Assembly (NCBI GenBank): GCA_963772835.1 | Contig: CAVYYZ010000008.1 | Location: 192,001 to 256,000 of the forward strand | Length of the DNA: 64,000 nt | Direction of reading: 5' to 3' | DNA from: an uncultured delta proteobacterium | GTDB lineage: Bacteria; Desulfobacterota; Desulfuromonadia; Geobacterales; Pseudopelobacteraceae | In this document: positions 22,547 to 30,726 of the stretch, piece after piece | Position numbering within the stretch: the stretch's first letter is position 1 | Layout of the letters: the number at the start of each line of letters is the position of its first letter | The notes under the pieces: generated by a model | Databases searched by the model: none | Seen by the model: only the letters and a program-made list of their open reading frames with translations | Told to the model about the DNA's origin: nothing | Position numbers and translations under genes: made by a program

Positions 22547-23053
22547 ATGGTAACTTCACGAGGAAATGAGTTGGCTAAAATAATACGCCAGAGAGTAGCG
22601 GATCTGAAACTGGTATGCCAGGGAGTGGACGAAGATCTGTCCGGGCGTGCTCCGGCGGAGCGCTGGTCTCCCAAGCAGGTGATTTCCCATCTGTGCGGTC
22701 CCGATGGCGTGGGGCACCTGCCGTTTTTGAAGACCTTTCTCGACAGCGAAACACCGCTGATCGATCTTGTCACCGAGGATCCGTTTTTTACTGAAAAGCG
22801 TGCGGCCATGAGCTTCAGTGGGCTTGTTGCGGAGTGTGAGCTGAATTACGAACATGTGGCAGGTTTTGTGGAGGGACTGAATGAGGCGCAACTGGCACGA
22901 ACAGCGCACATCCCGAAGCTGAAAGATAGTCCGCTGGGCGAGTACCCCACCCTCGACGGGATGATCTATGGCCTGGGTGAGTATCACCTCCAGTTTCACA
23001 TCGACCATCTGCACGAGATCCTGATGGCTCTTGCGAGTCAGGTGCAGGTTTGA
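22547..23053 (+). CDS. DinB-family protein
   Basis: WSPKQVISHL and C-terminal H...H..H motif. Confidence 0.8.
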   Translation: MVTSRGNELAKIIRQRVADLKLVCQGVDEDLSGRAPAERWSPKQVISHLCGPDGVGHLPFLKTFLDSETPLIDLVTEDPFFTEKRAAMSFSGLVAECELNYEHVAGFVEGLNEAQLARTAHIPKLKDSPLGEYPTLDGMIYGLGEYHLQFHIDHLHEILMALASQVQV

Positions 23054-23236
23054 TGCAAAGAAATTCATACGGCGGAGTGGCGACAGGTACAGGGTGCTAC
23101 TCCCCATGTTCTGGAAATTGAAAATTGGTGCCGGAATTTCCCGTGCAGAAGATCCGGCCTTGATGCCGGATCATCAGGAAACAGTGCTCTAATCAACCAA
23201 TATCAAACCCGATCTCATACTGCGGGAGAGTTCAAC

Positions 23237-23839
23237 ATGCCTGATTACCCCAGTGATATTGCCTTCACACCGGCTGTTAAAGCGATTCAGAAACAGAGAG
23301 GCTCCCGGGACACCTACGCCAGGATGGAACGGGGTCGCGGCTGGCAGACCAGAGTCACTCCTGATCTGGCCGATTTTCTGGCGGAACTTGACATGTTCTA
23401 TCTCGGAACGAGCAACGCCGCCTGTCAGCCGTACATCCAGTATCGTGGCGGTCCTCCCGGTTTTTTGAAAGTAATTGACGACCACACCCTCGGCTTCGCC
23501 GATTTCGGCGGCAACAGTCAGTACATCTCGATCGGAAACCTGTCGGAAAATCCGAAGGCGTTCATTTTCCTGATTGACTATGCCGCCAGCCAACGCATAA
23601 AAATCTGGGGCACAGCTCGTATCGTTGATAATGACACGGATCTGTTCGAACGCCTCGCTGATCCGACCTATCCCGGCAGAGTGGAACGGGCGATACTGTT
23701 CACCGTTGATGCCTGGGATGTGAACTGCCCCCAGCACATCCATAAACGATTCTCGCAGCTTCAAATAGCTCCGGTTGTTGAAAAGCTTCAGGATCGCGTG
23801 CGGGAGCTTGAAGATGAAGTTGCGCGATTGAGGGGCTGA
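23237..23839 (+). CDS. Pyridoxamine 5'-phosphate oxidase-like FMN-binding protein
   Basis: PYIQYRGGPPGF, DFGGNSQYISIGNL, WDVNCPQHI. Confidence 0.88.
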   Translation: MPDYPSDIAFTPAVKAIQKQRGSRDTYARMERGRGWQTRVTPDLADFLAELDMFYLGTSNAACQPYIQYRGGPPGFLKVIDDHTLGFADFGGNSQYISIGNLSENPKAFIFLIDYAASQRIKIWGTARIVDNDTDLFERLADPTYPGRVERAILFTVDAWDVNCPQHIHKRFSQLQIAPVVEKLQDRVRELEDEVARLRG

Positions 23840-23873
23840 GCGCACTGTGGTGATGAGCCTGTCATCCGGATAG

Positions 23874-23944
23874 TTATTCCGGGGGACACCTTTTAATTCA
23901 AAAGGCGACCATAGGAAACCTAAGTGTCAGGTCTTGAAATATAA
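23874..23944 (+). repeat. Composite repeat: GGGGACAC..TTAATT + degenerate AAAAGGCG hairpin + GTCAGGTCTTGAAATATAA
   Basis: ttccgggggacaccttttaattcaaaaggcgacc shares ttaattcaaaaggcg with 31801. Confidence 0.65.
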
Positions 23945-23984
23945 TTCACCCCTGACTAACCGGGACTTGAAAGTACGCAGTTGA

Positions 23985-24536
23985 TCAGTTTTCAGGCTCA
24001 GGGCAGACGCAGGAATCAAAATCCTCATTCAAGCACTCCTTGCAGACCGCACTACCTCGCCGCGCCGCCTCTATGGCTGCGATGTCGATCTTTTTCATCT
24101 GCATCATCGCATCGAACGCCCGCTTGGCTGCGGCGGGGTCGGGATCGGTTATAGCTTTCGTCAGGGCAACCGGAGTAATCTGCCACGACAGACCCCATTT
24201 GTCCCTGCACCAGCCGCACTCGCTCTCCTCACCACCGTTGCCGACAATAGCGTTCCAGTAGCTATCCGTTTCGGACTGGTCAGCGGTTGCAACCTGAAAC
24301 GAGAATGCCCAGTTGTGCGTGACCTCGGGTCCGCCATTAAGCCCGAGGCAGGGAATACCCATGACGGTAAACTCGACCGTCAACACATCCCCCTGCTTTC
24401 CGGCCGGATAGTCCCCCGGTGCGAGATGTACAGCGTTTACGGATGAATCAGGAAAGGTTGCAGCATAAAACCGCGCCGCCTCCTCGGCTTCGCGGTCGTA
24501 CCAAAGGCAAATTGTGTTCTTTGCGTGCGTTTTCAT
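23985..24536 (-). CDS. VOC/PhnB-like (3-demethylubiquinone-9 3-methyltransferase family) protein
   Basis: KNTICLWY..EAEEAARFY, LNGGP, CGWCRDKWGLSWQI, MMQMKKIDIA. Confidence 0.9.
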   Translation of the reverse strand: MKTHAKNTICLWYDREAEEAARFYAATFPDSSVNAVHLAPGDYPAGKQGDVLTVEFTVMGIPCLGLNGGPEVTHNWAFSFQVATADQSETDSYWNAIVGNGGEESECGWCRDKWGLSWQITPVALTKAITDPDPAAAKRAFDAMMQMKKIDIAAIEAARRGSAVCKECLNEDFDSCVCPEPEN

Positions 24537-25000
24537 ATCACTTCTCCTTCGTGATGCGCCGCTCTGAAAAAAGTGCCGGTAGTGAGCGGTCAATGTACCA
24601 GATCCATTACGATTTATTTGTCATCTTCATTTTATGCTCTTTGGCGAAGATATTTTATAAAAAAATTCCTGAGAGGGGACGGTGGGGGCAGAAGATATAT
24701 TTCACAGGAGAAAGTCAAGCCAGATCCCAAATTACCAAATTATGGCCCTGACCCCAAATTGTGGCCGCACCGCAGATAAACTCACATACCATAAAGTTTA
24801 CCGCTCCGTGGTCCGCCACATTTGGCAGTTCAGTACTATAGTACAGATGCCGATGCTGTTTTGACTTCATCCCCTGTACACTCCTTTCAACTTACCCTGT
24901 ATTTTCAACCTGTTACACTCGATATATCAGTGGGTCATTCTTGGCGTATAAGTTGCTCAGTAATTATTAAAATTGAAACAGTAATTCCAGGAGGAATCGC

Positions 25001-25600
25001 ATGAGAAAGTTGATGATAGCAGTAGTTTGCGCTGTATTTGTGTTTGGCACGATAGCAACCGGCTACGCCGAGCAGGGAGATTGGCGCGGAGGAATACGTT
25101 CCAGGATTCAAGAATCAAGGCAAAGGATTGATCAGGGTATCGAACGGGGGTCACTCGACAGACATGAGGCCGACCGGCTCCATTCAGAGCTGGGTGCTAT
25201 TCTCAACAAGATAGACCGCATGAAAGCAGATGGCTATCTTAACCAGGGGGAAAGGGACACTATAAAAAGTGACCTGGACAGACTGGACAGGGATATTTTC
25301 AAAGAAAAGCATGATGCTGTATCGGCTGTTCCCGCAGTGCAGCAGGATTGGCGTGGGGGAATACGCGCCAGGATTCAGGACTCAAAGCAAAAGATCGAGC
25401 AGGGTGTTGAACGTGGTTCACTCAACAGACATGAGGCCCGCAAGCTCAACAAAGAGTTGGGCAAAATTCTTTACAAGATTGACCGCATGAAAGAAGATGG
25501 CCATATTAGTCCAAGGGAACGGAAAAAGATAAATCGAGACCTTGATCGACTGGACCGGGATATTTTCAAAGAAAAGCGTAATGATAACAGAAGGCGCTGA
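25001..25600 (+). CDS. Secreted helical protein with two internal repeats
   Basis: Signal peptide; two copies of DWRGGIR..IQ.S.Q.I.QG.ERGSL.RHEA..L..ELG.IL.KIDRMK.DG...DLDRLDRDIFKEK. Confidence 0.85.
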   Translation: MRKLMIAVVCAVFVFGTIATGYAEQGDWRGGIRSRIQESRQRIDQGIERGSLDRHEADRLHSELGAILNKIDRMKADGYLNQGERDTIKSDLDRLDRDIFKEKHDAVSAVPAVQQDWRGGIRARIQDSKQKIEQGVERGSLNRHEARKLNKELGKILYKIDRMKEDGHISPRERKKINRDLDRLDRDIFKEKRNDNRRR

Positions 25601-25671
25601 GATAACCGCGATCAAAACCAAGGCACTACCCGGGAACGTATTTCCTGAATGAAAAGTTGAAATCTAATACA

Positions 25672-25699
25672 AAAGGCGGCCAATTAATCGGCCGCCTTT
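25672..25699. repeat. GGCGGCC hairpin repeat copy
   Basis: aaaggcggcc-aattaatc-ggccgccttt between convergent genes. Confidence 0.85.
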
Positions 25700-25734
25700 C
25701 TTACGTGGTGAGAGTATTGAAGGGTCCTGGCAGG

Positions 25735-26166
25735 TCAGCCCCGCATGATATAATCCTGCAGGTTTTTGATGGTGAAATTCTGTTCCGAGATGATCGTTTT
25801 TACTACATCGCCGATAGAAATCATACCTATAACCCGGTCGTTTTCAATAACGGGCAGATGCCGCAGGAACTTTTCCGTCATCAGCGCCATGCACTCTTCA
25901 TTGCTGGTGTCCGGTCTGATGACCATAACTTGAGTAGTCATGATATCCCTGACAAGCGTTTCTTTGGAAGACTTCCCCACCAAAATGACTTTTCTGGCGT
26001 AATCCCGCTCGGAGAGAATACCCACCAGTTTTTCACCATCCAAAACCGGAAGCGCACCGACATTTTTGTCCGACATAAGTCTGATCGCCGCAAATACCGT
26101 GGCAGCGGGAGAAACAGAAATTATTCCGGCCTCTTTGGTTTTCAGCATGTCCCTGACAGTTTTCAT
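25735..26166 (-). CDS. CBS-domain pair protein
   Basis: VGALPV..LVGILSERDY, RHLPV....IGMISIGDVVK. Confidence 0.92.
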   Translation of the reverse strand: MKTVRDMLKTKEAGIISVSPAATVFAAIRLMSDKNVGALPVLDGEKLVGILSERDYARKVILVGKSSKETLVRDIMTTQVMVIRPDTSNEECMALMTEKFLRHLPVIENDRVIGMISIGDVVKTIISEQNFTIKNLQDYIMRG

Positions 26167-26269
26167 GGATGCTTCCTCCTTATGGGATGATTGTCATCAT
26201 TGTTCGAATGATAACAATTCAGTCCGTCCGAGTAAAGCGCCATTTAAATACGTTCCTTCGCTTGCAGCA

Positions 26270-26324
26270 AAAATAGGGGGAAAGCATACGTAATTTATGA
26301 GGCGGCCAACCGGCCGCCTTTTTT
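26270..26324 (+). repeat. Composite repeat: GGGG..CATAC.TAATT + GGCGGCC hairpin
   Basis: aaaatagggggaaagcatacgtaatttatgaggcggccaaccggccgccttttt. Confidence 0.8.
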
Positions 26325-26371
26325 GTTTTCGGAAATAATTCTCTTGCCGCCAACTTCCGCCTGTGGCACAC

Positions 26372-26387
26372 TATTAAGTACTTAATA
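26372..26387. promoter_or_regulatory. Palindromic operator of the TA operon
   Basis: Perfect 16-bp palindrome TATTAAGTACTTAATA about 22 nt upstream of antitoxin start. Confidence 0.65.
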
Positions 26388-26409
26388 AGGTATTGTAAGG
26401 AGTACTTAT

Positions 26410-26679
26410 ATGAATACTATTCCTGCTCAGGAGCTGAAACGGCGCGGTATTGCCGCGGTTGACGGGTTGATCGCACAGGGCGACGTGCATGTCATTCGCA
26501 ACAACCGGCCCGAGTACGTGGTGCTGACCGAGGCGCGTTACCGGGAAATGGTGGCCGAGGCAGAGGAGGCATACGTGGCCCGGGTGAAGGCGTCACTTGA
26601 GGATGTGAAAGCGGGACGGGTACGAAGATTTACTTCTGCCGATGAACTGCTGCAGGCGCTTGAGCTTGACGGAGAGTGA
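26410..26679 (+). CDS. Phd/YefM-like antitoxin
   Basis: V.VIRNNRPEYVVL....Y motif; acidic C-terminus; GTGA overlap with toxin. Confidence 0.85.
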   Translation: MNTIPAQELKRRGIAAVDGLIAQGDVHVIRNNRPEYVVLTEARYREMVAEAEEAYVARVKASLEDVKAGRVRRFTSADELLQALELDGE

Positions 26680-26957
26680 GCGTGTTCAGCGTTATCACAT
26701 CGGAAAAGTTTCTCCGGCAGGCAAGTCGGTTCTTCAGGAAGCACCCTGATCTTAAACCGCGTTTCGCTGCGACTGTCGGTGCTCTGCAACAGGACCCTTT
26801 TCAGCCGGGTCTCGGCCTTCATCAACTTACCGGTAAACTATCCGGATGCCATGCCGTCAGACTGAATTATTCCTACCGCATTACCCTGACTCTGCTGATC
26901 AGCGAGCATGAGATCATTCTGCTCGACATCGGCAGTCATGACGAGGTGTACCGTTAG
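26676..26957 (+). CDS. RelE/YafQ-superfamily toxin
   Basis: LHQLTGKL, YRI, LLDIGSHDEVY. Confidence 0.85.
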   Translation: MSVFSVITSEKFLRQASRFFRKHPDLKPRFAATVGALQQDPFQPGLGLHQLTGKLSGCHAVRLNYSYRITLTLLISEHEIILLDIGSHDEVYR

Positions 26958-27103
26958 TCATATGCAAAACTACAAAAGGCGCCAAATCCCTTTTTCGATG
27001 TATTAATTTTAAACACTTCCCAGATTCACAAAACAGCACAGGACATCAGAGTCAACTCCGTATGTCCTGTGCCGTTGCATAAAGCGCTATCCGCCGTCTG
27101 TGG

Positions 27104-27208
27104 TTATTCAGCTTTTACAAACGTTCCTTTTTCGCCGCATTTCTCGCATTTCTGCGGCTTGCAGCGTCCTTCCTTTGAATAACCGCATTCGCATTTCCAT
27201 GTCGCCAT
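27104..27208 (-). CDS. 34-aa RCKP-type rubredoxin-like mini-protein (below ORF-track cutoff)
   Basis: MATWKCECGYSKEGRCKPQKCEKCGEKGTFVKAE with AGGAGG RBS. Confidence 0.85.
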   Translation of the reverse strand: MATWKCECGYSKEGRCKPQKCEKCGEKGTFVKAE

Positions 27209-27430
27209 GCTGTCACCTCCTCTCTGTTGAACCTGATTATGCCGCATTGTATTGAACTGCAAATAATTTTACCATTTTTTTGAGCGGAGAAGGGAAAAGC
27301 CAGGAAAATTTCCAGCATTTTTGCTGATCGGGCACGTCCAGTCCCAGGAAATCAGGGGTACTCCCCATATTTTAATCGCGAAAAATGGAGGCGGCGGAGA
27401 GGATCAGGAAAATTGTGAAGCAGGCTTGAA

Positions 27431-27455
27431 AAAGGGCGCCTTTACGGCGCCCTTT
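27431..27455. terminator. Hairpin variant / terminator
   Basis: aaagggcgcc-tttac-ggcgcccttt. Confidence 0.65.
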
Positions 27456-27509
27456 GCTTTTAAAAATGGAACCGTCACTTAGTTATATGATGCGATTCGA
27501 TGGGATATT

Positions 27510-27632
27510 TTATGGTTTTATTAGTCTGGCAATATTATCTGCGATCTTCCATAAGGCAAATGTCCAGTCGATCATTAATGCCAAAACCGCTACCTTGAAG
27601 ATGGTGTCAAATGCATTAGATTTTTTGTCCAT
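27510..27632 (-). CDS. 40-aa putative single-TM small protein
   Basis: AGGAGA RBS; MDKKSNAFDTIFKVAVLALMIDWTFALWKIADNIARLIKP; followed by hairpin. Confidence 0.5.
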   Translation of the reverse strand: MDKKSNAFDTIFKVAVLALMIDWTFALWKIADNIARLIKP

Positions 27633-27784
27633 TGTTATTTCTCCTGTGAGAATGACAATTTTGCCGGTTGATGGCTGATCATATGTCACTAAAAAACTAT
27701 CACCACTGCCTTTTCCGGAGGAAAACCGGTGTGTCTCCCTGGTTTAGTTCATTTCTATGTAAGTGCCTGTACTCCTGCTGTTGA

Positions 27785-28081
27785 TCAGGTCGCTTCCAAA
27801 TAGGGGCGGACGGCAATCCTGCAATCTTCTTTGCTCCCGGTCCTGGTAATTGAGCCGATTGTTTCGATAATTCTGGCTACCGATTCGTCCGCCGCAATGA
27901 TCTCAAGCTTCACCTTCTCGACGATGTTCGACATGAACGAGGCACCGCGAAACATCATGGTCTGCCCCTTCTGGCGGCACATGATGGCGCTCTCCATGAA
28001 ATCATCTATACCCATTTCCTCGAGGGCGTCCCGTACTTCCTGCATCTTGAATTGTTGGATGACCGCTTCTATCTGTTTCAT
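27785..28081 (-). CDS. Divergent P-II family signal protein
   Basis: MKQIEAVI..FK...V..AL...GI, FRGA, KVKLEII, RTG. Confidence 0.8.
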   Translation of the reverse strand: MKQIEAVIQQFKMQEVRDALEEMGIDDFMESAIMCRQKGQTMMFRGASFMSNIVEKVKLEIIAADESVARIIETIGSITRTGSKEDCRIAVRPYLEAT

Positions 28082-28456
28082 GGCTTCCTCCGTGTGCAGG
28101 CTCCTTTGCATGCTGAGATATCTTGGGATGTCATCTACATGTCCCGTGCCAAGGCAAAGCCGGGTTGATATCCGTATGATTACAGCCGGTTATCCGGAGT
28201 GTTGTTGTCAGGGGAATTCTGCGATGCCGGAAACTTGTGCAGAGAAGCGATAGGTGACCAGGAAAGAGTCAGAGGCCAATCGGCTGTCATTCCTGTTTCA
28301 TTCAATCTCCCGACGGAATTCCACGTCCCCTTGCCGGTTACATGCCCTGTCAGCCTGACCTGCCCGGAAGCATGACCGCGCCGGGGACTCTATTTTTCTT
28401 GACAAGTTTCCCCTTTGGGATAATTATGCCGCAACAAAGCATAAGTTCACCACATT

Positions 28457-28571
28457 GGTTACACGATAATACTAAACCATTCGCGAGAATGGGACGGAAA
28501 GCCTACAGGGTCTCATCGAGATAGCCGGGCCGCCGAAATATCCAGCAGATATTCGGCGGCCCGTTTTTTTT
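28457..28571 (+). ncRNA. GEMM-I class riboswitch (c-AMP-GMP-type), copy 1, with overlapping terminator
   Basis: GAUAAUACUAAACCAUUCGCGAGAAUGGGACGGAAAGCCUACAGGGUCUC..GAGAUAGCCGGGCCGCCGAAAUAUC, then GAUAUUCGGCGGCCCG + U8. Confidence 0.92.
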
Positions 28572-28656
28572 GCCGGCACATGGGAATCTGCTGTAAAGAT
28601 GACATCCCCTTCGACAGGGGCAGATGCTTGTGGACAAAGCATTATTCGATACAAAT

Positions 28657-28770
28657 GGTTAGACGATAATACTAAACCATTCGCGAGAATGGGACGGAAA
28701 GCCTACGGGTCTCATGGAGAGATAGCCGGGTCGCCGAAATATCCTGTTGATATTCGGCCCCGGTTTTTTT
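28657..28770 (+). ncRNA. GEMM-I class riboswitch (c-AMP-GMP-type), copy 2, with overlapping terminator
   Basis: Near-identical aptamer 200 nt downstream of copy 1; GAUAUUCGGCCCCGG + U7. Confidence 0.92.
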
Positions 28771-28840
28771 GTGCCGTCACGATCCAGGTCTAACTTCCGA
28801 CACAGGCACGTATAACATATTGAAAGGACAGTATTTACCC

Positions 28841-30181
28841 ATGCGCCGAATTTTTGAGCTAATACCCTTATCCAATACGCTCCGTCTTACGACTCTTTTT
28901 GTCGTTATCGTATCTCTCAATGGATGTACGACAATGATCGCAGGCCATGAGGAAGAGCAGCAGCTTATTCCAAGACAATTGGAAGAATATGTCGGACAAA
29001 ACGAGTTTTCTGTTGCAAAAGGAGCGGATGTCATCGGCCGGATAAGACTCATCACTCTTGAAAAGGGGGATACTCTGCCGGATATTGCACGGCACTTCAG
29101 CCTGGGACTTAATGGCGTCAGTGCACTTAATCCGGGGGTGGATATCTGGGTGCCTGAGACCGGAAAACGTATCATGCTGCCGCTGAGTTTTATCCTGCCG
29201 GACGCTCCCAGGAAGGGCATCGTGGTCAACCTGGCCTCGATGAGGCTTTTTGAATTTAAAGGAAATAGTGAGTCACTGGCAGTATTGACCTTCCCGGTAG
29301 GTGTCGGTACCGAAGAGCGGCCATCGCCCATGGGCCACATGCATGTGGAGCGCAAGGCACACCGGCCGACCTGGCATGTGCCCTCCTCAATTGCCAGGGA
29401 TCATCTGAAAAAAGGAGATCCACTGCCCGCCGCAGTTCTGCCGGGGCCTCAAAATCCATTGGGAGAATACGCACTGTATTTAAGTGCGCCAAGTTATCTG
29501 ATCCATGGCACGAATAAACCGGCCAGCATCGGTCTCAGGGCAACCAATGGCTGCATACGGCTCTATCCGGAAAGCGTAAAAAAACTCTACGAGAACACAC
29601 CGACTAAAACGCCGGTAAACTTCGTTAACCAGCCGTATCTCCTGGGCGAGAGCGATGGAGTGGTTTACATGGAAGTTCATGCGGCCACGGAAGAGCCGGA
29701 CCCCGCCGGATTTGACAGGATATATGCAAGATTGAAAACTATTGAAAAGGAATCAGGGCGCCCGCTTGATTGGAGTAACGTTAAGAAGGTATTGGCCGAG
29801 GCCCGCGGGATTCCGGTTCCCGTATTCAACTTCAGGCAGGGAGGCGGAATAAATGGTGCGGCACCGGTGGAAGTCAGGCACCCGAGAAAATTATACGGCA
29901 GTCCGGAAATGCCGGAGCTGAAAACAGATGCGTGGTCAGTATTGGCTGCTGACGTGCGCGACGAGAATGATGCAGCGAGGCTTGCCGCCATTATCAATCA
30001 CCAGGGCCCGCAAATCCCGGCGCGAGTGATGGCAAGGGGCGATAGTTATCGTGTTGTCGCCGGCCCTTTCAGTGACAGCAAAGAGGCCAAAGATGCGATC
30101 AAACGTCTGAAAATCGATTTGGAACTGGATGGCAGGCTGATTGAGCCTGTCAAGAAAGAGAGAGGAGGTGATAAACGATGA
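28841..30181 (+). CDS. L,D-transpeptidase (ErfK/YbiS/YcfS-like) lipoprotein with LysM-like and C-terminal SPOR-like domain
   Basis: Lipobox LNGC; GDTL.DIARHF; GP.NPLG; IHGTN..SIGLRATNGCIRL; YRVVAGPF. Confidence 0.9.
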   Translation: MRRIFELIPLSNTLRLTTLFVVIVSLNGCTTMIAGHEEEQQLIPRQLEEYVGQNEFSVAKGADVIGRIRLITLEKGDTLPDIARHFSLGLNGVSALNPGVDIWVPETGKRIMLPLSFILPDAPRKGIVVNLASMRLFEFKGNSESLAVLTFPVGVGTEERPSPMGHMHVERKAHRPTWHVPSSIARDHLKKGDPLPAAVLPGPQNPLGEYALYLSAPSYLIHGTNKPASIGLRATNGCIRLYPESVKKLYENTPTKTPVNFVNQPYLLGESDGVVYMEVHAATEEPDPAGFDRIYARLKTIEKESGRPLDWSNVKKVLAEARGIPVPVFNFRQGGGINGAAPVEVRHPRKLYGSPEMPELKTDAWSVLAADVRDENDAARLAAIINHQGPQIPARVMARGDSYRVVAGPFSDSKEAKDAIKRLKIDLELDGRLIEPVKKERGGDKR

Positions 30182-30522
30182 ATAAGAATCTTTTGGTAAT
30201 TGCTCTGATGCTTGTTTCTGCTGTTACTCTGGGTGGTTGTGCTACAACAGGTGACCTTGAGAAAGTTCAGTCCCAGCAGATGCTGACCGGTGCGAAAGCT
30301 GACCAGGCAGCGCAGGATGCGCAGGCTGCCAAGGCGGCAGCTGATGCGGCCACAATAAAGGCAGAGGCAGCCGCAACCAGGGCAGAAAATGCTCTGAAGA
30401 TGGCCGAGGAACGGTCGAAAATTGCAGATGAAAAAGCGAAGATCGCAGATGATAAAGCGATGATCGCAGATGAAAAAGCGATGAAAGCTGACGCCATGTT
30501 TCGCAAATCAATGAAGAAGTAA
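30178..30522 (+). CDS. Lpp/OprI-like alanine-zipper lipoprotein with C-terminal Lys
   Basis: Lipobox LGGC; Ala/Lys heptads (IADEKA repeats); ends MFRKSMKK. Confidence 0.88.
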   Translation: MNKNLLVIALMLVSAVTLGGCATTGDLEKVQSQQMLTGAKADQAAQDAQAAKAAADAATIKAEAAATRAENALKMAEERSKIADEKAKIADDKAMIADEKAMKADAMFRKSMKK

Positions 30523-30726
30523 GTCTGTTTTATGCGGAGCTGGTACCTTTTCCGTTTCAGCTCCGGAAAGGAAGTGGCAGGGTTGTGATACTCTGCCACT
30601 TCCTTCTGCTTCACCCGTTCGGCGCATGGTTTTGATACATCAGGAAGAGGAAAAGGAATGGCTCTGCGATCATCAGGCATAGTACTCACGAACCCGAAGC
30701 CGGGTATGGGTAAAGAGCATCGTCGG

